From the NCBI GenBank assembly GCA_963702435.1, contig CAVPCR010000003.1, forward strand, positions 192,001 through 256,000: a stretch of 64,000 nucleotides of DNA, in the 5' to 3' direction. Source of the DNA: Candidatus Eiseniibacteriota bacterium. Lineage in GTDB: Bacteria; Eisenbacteria; RBG-16-71-46; CAVPCR01. The notes under the pieces are model-generated. The model was not told where the DNA came from, searched no databases, and worked only from the letters and a program-made list of their open reading frames with translations. Each line of letters begins with the position of its first letter. Within the stretch, counting starts at the first letter, position 1. Of this stretch, positions 1 through 8,255 are shown piece by piece. The position numbers and the translations under genes were made by a program.

Positions 1-595
1 CGGTGATCGTCTCGCTCGCCCGCACGGCCGCCTCGCTCTCGGCCGCCTCGCTGAAGACGAGCGCGAGGCCCATCTCGTGGGCGATGTCGCGGGCGTCGTC
101 ACGGGCGTCGGAGAGGTCGCCGAGGCGCTCGAGGAGCCGGTAACGAGCGGGGCCTGGCCGCCGCCCGCCCTCGAGCAGGACGACCACGCGATCGCCGCTC
201 CGGAGCTCGGGGTGGCGCCCGGCGAGCGGACCCTCCTCGTAGCGGCGGGTGATCGGCTCGAGGCGAAGGCGGTCGCCGTGGCGGTGAACGATGCCGGCGA
301 GGCGCCGCGGCTCGCGGGCGATCGTCTCCGCCACCTGCCCCTGCGGGCGCACGCCCCGCGCGAGGTCGCCGTGGCGGATCAGGCGGTAGCCGACCAGATC
401 GCCGTGCACCGCATCAGCGCGGTCCTCGGCGCGAATGAAGACATCGGCCCCCCCCTCGAGCGGGGTCACGAATCCGGCCCCGCTCCGGTTGACCGAGAGG
501 GTGCCGGTACGGGTGCGCGGGCGGTGCTTCGCGCTGCGCCTCCCCTCCCCGTGGCGGCTGAAGCGGCTCCCGGCGCGGCGCCGATCAGAGCGCAC
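1..595 (-). CDS. rnr: Ribonuclease R family exoribonuclease, N-terminal part (runs off the window edge)
   Basis: My translation from GTG at 595 gives MRSDRRR...GTLSVNRSGAGFVTPLEGGADVFIRAEDRADAVHGDLV...LLERLGDLSDARDDARDIAHEMGLALVFSEAAESEA, matching the RNase R cold-shock (OB) domains. Absent from the ORF track; start codon uncertain. Confidence 0.8.
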   Translation of the reverse strand, partial: MRSDRRRAGSRFSRHGEGRRSAKHRPRTRTGTLSVNRSGAGFVTPLEGGADVFIRAEDRADAVHGDLVGYRLIRHGDLARGVRPQGQVAETIAREPRRLAGIVHRHGDRLRLEPITRRYEEGPLAGRHPELRSGDRVVVLLEGGRRPGPARYRLLERLGDLSDARDDARDIAHEMGLALVFSEAAESEAAVRASETIT

Positions 596-786
596 CGGAG
601 GCCTCGACGCACAGCGGCAGCGCCTCGGGGCCCGCGTTGCCGGCTCGCGGCGCGCCGGAACGCGAAAAAGCGGGGAGGGCTTCCCCGCTTCTCCAACGTC
701 TCGACGATGTTCGCGGCGAACAGGAACGAACGGCGTGCGGCCGGCCGGGCCGGCGCGCGCGGCGATCGGCGCCGCGCGGCACCCGG

Positions 787-882
787 CTAGCGCACCCGCT
801 TCTTGTGGCGATTCGCACGCTGCCGCTTCTTGCGCTTGTGCGTCGCGATCTTCTTCCGCTTGCGCTTCTTTCCACTTCCCAT
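787..882 (-). CDS. Small basic ribosomal protein, bS22 / AURKAIP1-COX24 (mS38)-like, 31 aa
   Basis: My translation: MGSGKKRKRKKIATHKRKKRQRANRHKKRVR*, closely resembling the Bacteroidota-type bS22 pattern (M.SGKKRKR.K.ATHKRKKR.R.NRHKK). Too short for the ORF track. Confidence 0.85.
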   Translation of the reverse strand: MGSGKKRKRKKIATHKRKKRQRANRHKKRVR

Positions 883-915
883 CGTGCTTCCCACTCTCCC
901 CGGCGGACCTGCCGC

Positions 916-1260
916 CTATGGTTCTCCGGCGCTCGGACGCGCCTCCGCATCGCTATCGCCCGGCCAGCGGTCCGGCAATTCCATCTCGCCGCGCACCATC
1001 GCCTTCAGCTGGTTCGAGGGCTTGAACACCGGCACGAGCTTCGCCGGTACGCTGACCTCGGCCCCGGTGCGCGGGTTGCGCGCACGGCGCGATCTCCGCG
1101 CCCGCACCTTGAAGGTGCCGAAGCCGCGGATCTCGATGTGCTGTCCCTCGCTCAACGCCTGCGCGATCGAGTTGAGGATCTCGTCGACGATGCGGGCGTT
1201 CTCGCTCTTCGACAGTCGACTCCGCTTGCAGATGTCCTCGACCAGGTCGGCTTTCGTCAT
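916..1260 (-). CDS. HU / integration host factor family DNA-binding protein
   Basis: MTKADLVE...IEIRGFGTFKVRARRSRRARNPRTGAEVSVPAKLVPVFKPS is the HU/IHF signature; GGAGG Shine-Dalgarno upstream of ATG 1260. Confidence 0.93.
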   Translation of the reverse strand: MTKADLVEDICKRSRLSKSENARIVDEILNSIAQALSEGQHIEIRGFGTFKVRARRSRRARNPRTGAEVSVPAKLVPVFKPSNQLKAMVRGEMELPDRWPGDSDAEARPSAGEP

Positions 1261-1413
1261 GGCCTTCCTCCGGAACCGCCGCGACTCGCTCTCCCAAGCG
1301 TGATCGATCGAAGGTGCCGGACCGGTGAGGAGTGGCGAGTGACAGCCACCGAGCAACCGCCCAACGCGGCATACCCGGATGCCACCACGGCGCGGGCGAG
1401 CCCGCGAAGAGGC

Positions 1414-1443
1414 ACCCTATCACCGGCCAAGCTATGGAGTCAA
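1414..1443 (-). promoter_or_regulatory. Putative sigma70 promoter for HU-bS22-rnr
   Basis: Minus strand TTGACT (1443-1438), 18 bp spacer, TAGGGT (1419-1414) preceded by TGA (extended -10). Confidence 0.4.
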
Positions 1444-1543
1444 CAGGACTTTGGCGATTTGGCCCCGACCTCCCGGGGCAACGGCGAAGGGCAGCGCCGG
1501 CGGGAGCGAGCGCTGGAGCGCGGCGGCGGGCGCGAGGGGGCCT

Positions 1544-2437
1544 CTAGCGCCAGCGGTACTCGAGCCGCGGCCAGCGCCCGGCGAACGGGAGGCCGGCCGG
1601 GAGCCGTTGCTCGAGCCACTTCTGCCAGGCCGGCGTCTCCTTGTGCTTCCGGACGATGACCGGCTCGCCCTTGATCCCCGCCATCTCCCCGGCGACCCGG
1701 ACCGCCTCGTCGAGATCGGTCAGGCGGTCGACGAGCCCGGCCCGGTACGCCTGCCGGCCGGAGAAGAAGCGGCCGTCAGCCCACGCCCGCACCGAATCGG
1801 CCGGCATGGCCGGGCGGCCGGCGATCACCGCGGCGATGAACTGCTCGTGCACATCCGCGAGCACGTCGGTCATCCATCCCCGTTCCTCGGGGGTGAGCGG
1901 ACGGAACGGGGAGCCGGCGTCCTTGTACGGCCCCGCCTTCACGACCTGGTTGTCGACCCCGAGCTTCTCCATGAGGCCCGAGAAGTCGGGGAAGCTCATG
2001 ATCACTCCGATCGAGCCGGTGAGGGTGCCGGGGAGCGCGAAGATCGAGTCGGCGGCCGTCGCCACGTAGTAGCCGCCGGAGGCCGCGACGTCGTCGAGCG
2101 CGGCGATGACCGGCAGGCCCTCCTCCTTGAATCCCTCGATCCGCGCGATGATGCGCTGCGTCGTGCCCACCGCCCCGCCCGGGCAGTTGACATGCAGGAC
2201 GAGAGCGCGAATCGAGCCGTCCTCCTTCAAGCGCTCGAGTTGCTCGAGCACGTCGTCATCATCGCCGAGGACGCCGGCTACCTCGACCACCCCCACCTTG
2301 GGTCCGGGGCGCGGCAGGCCCAGACGATCGCCGGACATCTGCATCGAGGCGAACAGGAGGGCGAGCCCGCTCAGCATGAGCAGGACGACGAAGAGAACGC
2401 CGCATCCGAGGATCCAGTTACGGGAGGCAGAGGCCAT
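1544..2437 (-). CDS. sppA: Signal peptide peptidase SppA (S49, short type)
   Basis: N-terminal TM segment; LVLHVNCPGG, VAASGGYYVA, TLTGSIGVI, KAGPYKDAGSPFR and ADGRFFSGRQA...GLVD motifs. Confidence 0.93.
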   Translation of the reverse strand: MASASRNWILGCGVLFVVLLMLSGLALLFASMQMSGDRLGLPRPGPKVGVVEVAGVLGDDDDVLEQLERLKEDGSIRALVLHVNCPGGAVGTTQRIIARIEGFKEEGLPVIAALDDVAASGGYYVATAADSIFALPGTLTGSIGVIMSFPDFSGLMEKLGVDNQVVKAGPYKDAGSPFRPLTPEERGWMTDVLADVHEQFIAAVIAGRPAMPADSVRAWADGRFFSGRQAYRAGLVDRLTDLDEAVRVAGEMAGIKGEPVIVRKHKETPAWQKWLEQRLPAGLPFAGRWPRLEYRWR

Positions 2438-2512
2438 CCTGGCCCTCCATTGCGCGGGACATTCCGGCGTCGTGCGACCCCGGTGCGGGGTGGGCGCCGA
2501 CCGACGTCGTGC

Positions 2513-2541
2513 ACGCTAGCAAGCGGTCCCGGGAGTGTCAA
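2513..2541 (-). promoter_or_regulatory. Putative sigma70 promoter of sppA
   Basis: Minus strand TTGACA (2541-2536), 17 bp spacer, TAGCGT (2518-2513). Confidence 0.55.
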
Positions 2542-2598
2542 CGCGGCGGGAACAGCGCGCCGGGATCGTGCGCCGTCGGGCGCAAGAGCGGGCGGCAA

Positions 2599-2712
2599 CG
2601 AAAGAGGATGACGGTGAACGAAAGAGGATGACCGTGAGCGGAAGAGGATGACGCTGAGGGGACACGCGCGGCGAAGAGGACACGCGCGGCGAAGAGAACG
2701 CGCGCGGAGAAG
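2599..2712. repeat. Degenerate purine-rich tandem repeats
   Basis: Three ~20-bp units with AAGAGGATGAC, then three ~18-bp units like ACACGCGCGGCGAAGAG. Confidence 0.7.
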
Positions 2713-2716
2713 CGGA

Positions 2717-2830
2717 GAAAAAGACAGGTTCCCCACTGCTGGCGCTGTCCGGGTCGTGAATCACTGCACCATCAAGAGACTGGGGTCACAGCCCACGTCC
2801 CGCCGTGGCGATCAGCGCAGGGAACCTAAA
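2717..2830 (-). ncRNA. Candidate structured non-coding RNA (rod-like hairpin, possibly a short 6S-like RNA)
   Basis: Perfect 8-bp terminal inverted repeat AGGTTCCC (2726-2733) / GGGAACCT (2820-2827), nested helices that close with G-U pairs on the minus strand, and a following U-tract. Family not recognised. Confidence 0.4.
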
Positions 2831-3133
2831 CTCTGGGTGACTCTCTTGCTGCCGTCCCCCTTCCCCGCTCGCGCCGTGCGCGGTGCGGTGGAGGGGGTCG
2901 GGAGGCTCGCCCCCCAGCGAGCCTCCCTGCGTCAGCATGGTCGCCGGGATGTGAGGGCAACGGCCGTGCCATCCCGGTGCCGGGCGGGGCGGAGCGCGGA
3001 GCGCGCGCTCGGGGCTGCACTTGCGCGGTCGGGGCCGGGATGCGGGACCCGGAGAACCGCCCGGCGGCGGGCCCTGTCGCGTGGAAATCCCCGGGGCTTC
3101 GGGAAAATTCACCCGCGGGCGGGGAACGTCCGC

Positions 3134-4150
3134 CTAGGCGTCGCGCGCGAGCGAAGGCTCGACGCGGATGCAGCTCGCCCACCGCCCGAGCTGCTTCTCG
3201 TCCCAGGGGGGGACGGTGCGCGCGCACTCGGGGATCGCTTCGGGACAGCGGGGGTGAAAGGCGCATCCCGGCGGCCGCCGCGCGGGGTCCGGGGGTTCTC
3301 CCCCGAGCGGAAGCGGGCGGTCGCGGCGCGCGGGATCCGGATCCGGAGCCGCCGCGAGCAGCGCGCGCGTGTAGGGATGCAGGGGATCGTCGAACAGCGC
3401 GCGCGACGGTCCGGTCTCGACGATGATCCCCGCGTACATGACCGCTACGCGATCGGACACGTACTCGACGATCCGGAGGTCGTGCGCGATGAAGAGGTAG
3501 GCGATGCCGAGCTCGCGCCGGAGATCGACGAGCAGGTTCACGATCTGGGCGCCGACCGACACGTCGAGGGCGGACACCGGCTCATCGGCGACGATGAGCG
3601 CCGGTTCGACCGCGAGCGCTCGCGCGATCGCGATCCGCTGGCGCTGACCGCCGGAGAACTCGTGCGGGTAGCGGCCGGCGTGCGCGGGCTCGAGGCCGAC
3701 GCGTGTGAGGAGCGCGCCGACCTCCTCGCGCCCGTGACGCCCGGTCGCGGCGCGACCGCGGAGCGCGAGCGCTTCCGCGAGCGTTGCGCCCACGGTGAGG
3801 CGTGGGTTCAGGCTCGCCGCCGGATCCTGGAACACGATCTGCATGTGGCGCCTCGCCTCGCGGAGCCGGCGCCGGTCGAGGCGGAGCAGGTCCTCGCCCG
3901 CGAAGTACACCTCGCCGCTCGTCGCCGGCACGAGGCGGAGCACGAGCCGGGCCGTCGTCGACTTGCCGGACCCCGATTCACCGACGAGGCCGAGCGTCTC
4001 GCCCGGCGCGATCGTAAAGGACACGGAGTCGACGGCGCGGACCGGGCGTCCCGGACCCGAGCCCGAGAAGAGACGGCGCCGCGGGGGGTACTCCTTGGTG
4101 AGGCCGCGCACGTCGAGGAGCGGCGCGCCGGCGGCCGCGAGCACGCTCAT
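3134..4150 (-). CDS. Oligopeptide/dipeptide ABC transporter ATP-binding subunit (OppF/DppF type)
   Basis: GESGSGKS Walker A, FSGGQRQR signature, VADEPVSALDVS, HPYT and [10 protein letters not shown]-terminal motifs. Start placed at ATG 4150, overlapping the upstream stop. Confidence 0.92.
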   Translation of the reverse strand: MSVLAAAGAPLLDVRGLTKEYPPRRRLFSGSGPGRPVRAVDSVSFTIAPGETLGLVGESGSGKSTTARLVLRLVPATSGEVYFAGEDLLRLDRRRLREARRHMQIVFQDPAASLNPRLTVGATLAEALALRGRAATGRHGREEVGALLTRVGLEPAHAGRYPHEFSGGQRQRIAIARALAVEPALIVADEPVSALDVSVGAQIVNLLVDLRRELGIAYLFIAHDLRIVEYVSDRVAVMYAGIIVETGPSRALFDDPLHPYTRALLAAAPDPDPARRDRPLPLGGEPPDPARRPPGCAFHPRCPEAIPECARTVPPWDEKQLGRWASCIRVEPSLARDA

Positions 4151-5190
4151 GGCGGGTCGCCGGCGCCGGGCGATGGCGCCGAGCCCCGCCGTGCGCTCGC
4201 CGGGCCGCCGAGGGCAAAGGCGGTCCCGCCGGCGTGAAAACAGGAGACCTGGCGACCGGGGCCCGGCTCCGTGGCCGGGGGTACCGCACTCCGGCACTCG
4301 GCCGTGGCCAGCGGACATCGCGGGTGAAAGGCGCATCCGTGCGGCAGCGCGAGCGGATCCGGCACCGCTCCCGGGATGGCCGCCAGACGCCCGTTCCCTC
4401 CTCCCCGGCGCGGCACCGCGGCGAGGAGACCCTGCGTGTAGGGATGGAGCGGGGTGGTGAAGAGGTCCACCGCCGATCCGGTCTCGACGATGCGCCCGGC
4501 GTAAACGACGGCCACTCGATCGGCGATCGCAGCGGCCACGCCGAGATCGTGCGTGATGAGGAGGATGGCCATGCCGCGGGCACGGCGGAGGTCGCGGAGC
4601 AGCGCGAGGATCTGCGCCTGCACGGTGACGTCGAGGGCGGTGGTCGGCTCGTCGGCGATGAGGAGCGCCGGATCGGCGGCGAGCGCCATCGCGATCATCA
4701 CGCGCTGCCGCATGCCGCCCGAGAGCTCGTGCGGATAGCGGTCGGCGCTCGCCTCCGGCGCCGGGATCCCGACCTGGGCGAGGAGCGACAGGCTCCGTTC
4801 GCGCGCGGTCGCCCGCGATGCCCGCGTATGGATGCGGACGGCCTCGGCGATCTGGTCGCCGGCGGTCATGACCGGATGGAGGGCGGTCATCGGCTCCTGG
4901 AAGACGATCGCCACCGCGCGGCCGCGGATCGCCGCGAGTTCGCGCTCGCTCTTCCCGCGCAGGTCGTCGCCGCGGAGGAAGATCTCCCCGCGCACTTCCC
5001 CCGGCGGCTCGCGCACGAGCCCGAGGAGGGCGAGGGCCGCGGCGCTCTTTCCCGAGCCCGATTCGCCGACGAGCGCCAGGGTCTCTCCGGGCTCCACCCG
5101 GAAGCTCATCCCGTTGACGGCGTGCGTCACGCCCTCCCGCGTGCGGAAGTGGATGCGGAGGTCCCTGACCTCGAGAAGGGCCGCCGTCAT
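4147..5190 (-). CDS. Oligopeptide/dipeptide ABC transporter ATP-binding subunit (OppD/DppD type)
   Basis: [46 protein letters not shown] and GCAFHPRCP. Confidence 0.93.
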   Translation of the reverse strand: MTAALLEVRDLRIHFRTREGVTHAVNGMSFRVEPGETLALVGESGSGKSAAALALLGLVREPPGEVRGEIFLRGDDLRGKSERELAAIRGRAVAIVFQEPMTALHPVMTAGDQIAEAVRIHTRASRATARERSLSLLAQVGIPAPEASADRYPHELSGGMRQRVMIAMALAADPALLIADEPTTALDVTVQAQILALLRDLRRARGMAILLITHDLGVAAAIADRVAVVYAGRIVETGSAVDLFTTPLHPYTQGLLAAVPRRGGGNGRLAAIPGAVPDPLALPHGCAFHPRCPLATAECRSAVPPATEPGPGRQVSCFHAGGTAFALGGPASARRGSAPSPGAGDPP

Positions 5191-5743
5191 GGCCGTGTGG
5201 ACCTCATCGGTGAGTCGTCATCCCCATCCGGAAGCTGGTGCCGATACCGGTGCCGGATCGCCGGGAACGGCCCGGGGCGCGAGGCCGGAAGGGGCCTCCG
5301 GCGCGCCGCGCGCCCCGTGCCGGCCGCTGCGAGCGGCGGCCGGCCGAGGTATCCAGCCGCGCATCATCGGGGGCATGGAGGCCCGTTGTCCAGGGGCCGC
5401 CCGGTCGCGGCGCGCCGTCGCACCCGCCTCTCGGCTGCGACACCCGTGTGACCGCGGGATCACAGGGCAACCGGCGCCCGCCGTGCGGCCATCGCGGCAA
5501 CCTCTTGTCCCGGTGTGCGAAGCACCCGGGGGGCGGCCTCGCGGCCGGCGGCACGCGGCTTGCGCTTCCCGTGCGGCAGACGGCACGCGGGCGCTCGCCC
5601 CTGGTTCTTCGGGGAAGCCAAGGCGGCTTGGCGGTGCGCTGGGGCCTTGCCACCGCGATTGCGGGCGCTCGCGGCCGCGAACCCCTGCAGCGGCCGCGCG
5701 CCCGGTCTTTCGGCCGGACGGCAGGCCGACCTGGAGGTCCACG

Positions 5744-6532
5744 ATGACCGCGCACGTAGTCTCTCCTCGGTGCCCGCACGGGCACGCACCCGGCCGGCCC
5801 GGCCGGCGCTCACCCTTCGGAGGCCGGTCCGGAGGGCCGCTCGCGATGGCGATGCTCCTCATCGCCTGCGGAGGGCTGGCCGGGGCCGACGCCCTGGCCG
5901 GCCAGTCGCTCAGTTTCACGCAACGGCCGCGCTCCGGGAGCCGGCCGCCGCTCGACCGCCAGAACGTGGTGCATCTCAAGTTCGGCACCTATGACCCGGA
6001 GGGCGCCGAGAATGGCGGCGCGTACTTCGGCCTCCTGACCGGCGTCGAGTTCCAGAACCGCGTCACGATCGGCTTCGATCTCGACATCTACCGGCGCTCG
6101 TACAGCCGGGAGACCGTCATCGCGGAAACGGTGGATCCGACCGGCAACGTGATCACGATGACCGCGACGAGCCTCGCCACCTCGTCCACGCTCGTCCCGC
6201 TCGGCGTCTCCCTCGGAATCCGGCTCCCCGGGAGCCGCACCCTGACGCCCTACGTCGGCGGCGCCGTGGCGTACGAGATCCTCGTCAACGAGGTCCGGAA
6301 CTACGAGCTCGGTGTCGAGGCGACCGACGTGTACGGAGGGCCCGGCTGGCAGGTCTTCGGCGGGCTCATCTGCCCGCTCACGCGCGAGGTGCGGATCCTC
6401 GGTGAGCTCGGCTACAACGATTCCATCGTGCGCCGCGACATCGATCGCTACACGCTCGGGCTCCCGGTGGGCGAACGCATCGACGTGAGCGGTATCTCGG
6501 CGCGCGCCGGGGTCGAGTTTCACTTCGACTAG
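5744..6532 (+). CDS. Outer-membrane beta-barrel protein
   Basis: GGAGG then ATG 5744 (ATG 5846 is an alternative); signal-like segment; amphipathic strands, TPYVGGAVAY, C-terminal RAGVEFHFD beta-signal. Confidence 0.7.
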   Translation: MTAHVVSPRCPHGHAPGRPGRRSPFGGRSGGPLAMAMLLIACGGLAGADALAGQSLSFTQRPRSGSRPPLDRQNVVHLKFGTYDPEGAENGGAYFGLLTGVEFQNRVTIGFDLDIYRRSYSRETVIAETVDPTGNVITMTATSLATSSTLVPLGVSLGIRLPGSRTLTPYVGGAVAYEILVNEVRNYELGVEATDVYGGPGWQVFGGLICPLTREVRILGELGYNDSIVRRDIDRYTLGLPVGERIDVSGISARAGVEFHFD

Positions 6533-6602
6533 GGACCCGACTGCCGGCACTGCCGGGATCTTTCACTGGGATCTTTCACTGGCGATCGCCGGCCGCGGGA
6601 TG

Positions 6603-6631
6603 TTGACACGTCGAGACCGCTTCCGTACGCT
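6603..6631 (+). promoter_or_regulatory. Putative sigma70 promoter of the alginate-export-family gene
   Basis: TTGACA (6603-6608), 17 bp spacer, TACGCT (6626-6631); direct repeat GGGATCTTTCACT x2 (6555-6580) just upstream. Confidence 0.5.
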
Positions 6632-6734
6632 GCCGCGCATCCTGAGCGAGATGCCGGCGGGCATCCTCGCCCCGGACGGCGACGCCGATGGATGGCGGCG
6701 CAAAGTGTGCTGCGAGCACATGGAGGGCGGATCG

Positions 6735-8138
6735 ATGCTGTCACGTCGTCCCGCGCCGGGTCCCGGCGCCCCCGGCTACTCGCGCTCCCCGGGCTCATGG
6801 CGAGCGCTCGCGCAGGGTCGCGCGCTCCTGGCTGCCGGACTCTGGCTCGCGCTGTGCGCGGCCGGCCCCGCCGCGGCCGACGAGGAGGACGAGGCCGGCG
6901 AGCGCGAGTTGAAGCCGATCGGGCAGGTGCGCGTGCGCCCTGAGTTCCGCGACAACGCGGATTTCGACGGCGATCGCTCCGATCGGCAGAAGTTCTACGG
7001 CATGCGCACGCGCCTCGGGCTCGACGTCAAGCTGAACCCGAAGCTCGCGGGACGCATCCTGGTGCAGGACTCCCGCTACTGGGGCGTCGACGAGCCGAGT
7101 ACGATCTCCACCGCTACGGAGAAGGCGGCGACCGACCTCTACGAGGGCTACGTCGACCTGCGCTGGATCTGGGACCTCCCGCTCGACATCCGCCTCGGCC
7201 GCCAGGCGCTGAGCTATGGTCGGGAGCGCCTGGTCGGACCGCTCGACTTCTCGAACTTCGGGCGCACGTTCGATGCGTTCCGCTTCCGCTTCACGATGGG
7301 CGCGTTCGTCACCGACGTCTTCTCCGCAAAGCTCGTGGAGACCAACGCGCCGGCGCCCGACACCACGCTTCGCTATTCCGATCGCGATCGCAACTTCTCG
7401 GGGCTCTACATCTCGCGCGAAGGAGAGCGCGTCGAGCGCGCCGACGTGTACTGGCTTCGCGACATCGACAAGACGCAGCCCAGCTCCCCGGGCGAGATCA
7501 AGCGCCACACGATCGGTGCTCTGGCGCGGGTCAACATGCCGGCCTCATTCGCCATCGAGGGCGAGTATGCCTACCAGACCGGGACCGCGGGGAGCCCGTA
7601 CGACATCGCCGCCCAGATGCTCACGCTCGAGCTCCTCTACGCGCGGGAGGATCTCCAGAACCTGAAGCTCGCCGGCGGTTTCGACTGGGCCACCGGGGAC
7701 GGCGATCCGACCGATGACGAGCTCGGCACGTTCAGCCAGCTCTTCCCGACGAGTCACGCCCACCTCGGGTACATCGACTACGTGGGACGGCAGAACATCC
7801 AGGACTTCCGCGGGCAGGCGTCGGTGACGGTGCTCAAGAAGTCCACGCTGGTCGGCGCCTACCACTGGTTCCGGCTCGACGAGGCTGCGGACGCCTGGTA
7901 CAACGCCGCCGGCAACGTGAACCAGGCCGGGGTGCGGGACTTCGGACCCGATCCGGCGCGCAGCGCGCGCCACCTCGGGAGCGAGATCGATCTCCTCTTC
8001 CGCCTGGTCGGGTTCATCGAGCAGGCAGGCATCGAGATCGGTTACTCGCACTTCTTCGCGGGCGAGGTCGTGCGCGCCGGCGGCGGCCCCGATGATGACT
8101 CGGACTGGGCCTACCTGCAGGTGAAGCTCGATATCTGA
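6735..8138 (+). CDS. Alginate export (AlgE-like) family outer-membrane porin
   Basis: GQVRVRPEFRDN, RTRLGLD, RLGRQALSYGRERLVG.LDFSNFGRTFDA, ATGDGDPTD...TFSQLFPTSH, LGSEIDL and C-terminal WAYLQVKLDI motifs; signal peptide. Confidence 0.8.
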   Translation: MLSRRPAPGPGAPGYSRSPGSWRALAQGRALLAAGLWLALCAAGPAAADEEDEAGERELKPIGQVRVRPEFRDNADFDGDRSDRQKFYGMRTRLGLDVKLNPKLAGRILVQDSRYWGVDEPSTISTATEKAATDLYEGYVDLRWIWDLPLDIRLGRQALSYGRERLVGPLDFSNFGRTFDAFRFRFTMGAFVTDVFSAKLVETNAPAPDTTLRYSDRDRNFSGLYISREGERVERADVYWLRDIDKTQPSSPGEIKRHTIGALARVNMPASFAIEGEYAYQTGTAGSPYDIAAQMLTLELLYAREDLQNLKLAGGFDWATGDGDPTDDELGTFSQLFPTSHAHLGYIDYVGRQNIQDFRGQASVTVLKKSTLVGAYHWFRLDEAADAWYNAAGNVNQAGVRDFGPDPARSARHLGSEIDLLFRLVGFIEQAGIEIGYSHFFAGEVVRAGGGPDDDSDWAYLQVKLDI

Positions 8139-8146
8139 CGGCAATG

Positions 8147-8190
8147 ATCCGACCGCGGCAGATCCGACGTGTCAGATCCGACCGCGATGG
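8147..8190. repeat. Short 14-bp-period repeat between convergent genes
   Basis: GATCCGAC occurs three times at 14-bp spacing. Confidence 0.5.
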
Positions 8191-8255
8191 TCTGACGGCG
8201 AGAATCTGTCGGCGATCACGCCTGCCGGCGCGAGCAGAGCACTCGCCGACGAACG

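Noticed and set aside
2599..2712. Possible CRISPR array
   Set aside because: Units are short, degenerate and adjacent with no unique spacers; no cas genes in the window.
5191..5743. ORFs in the oppD-OMP divergent gap and the 5' extension of ORF 4832..6532
   Set aside because: Low-complexity Arg/Pro/Ala translations; a better start with SD lies at 5744.
6735..8138. Alginate biosynthesis locus
   Set aside because: Only the AlgE-like porin is present; this family is widespread without alginate genes.
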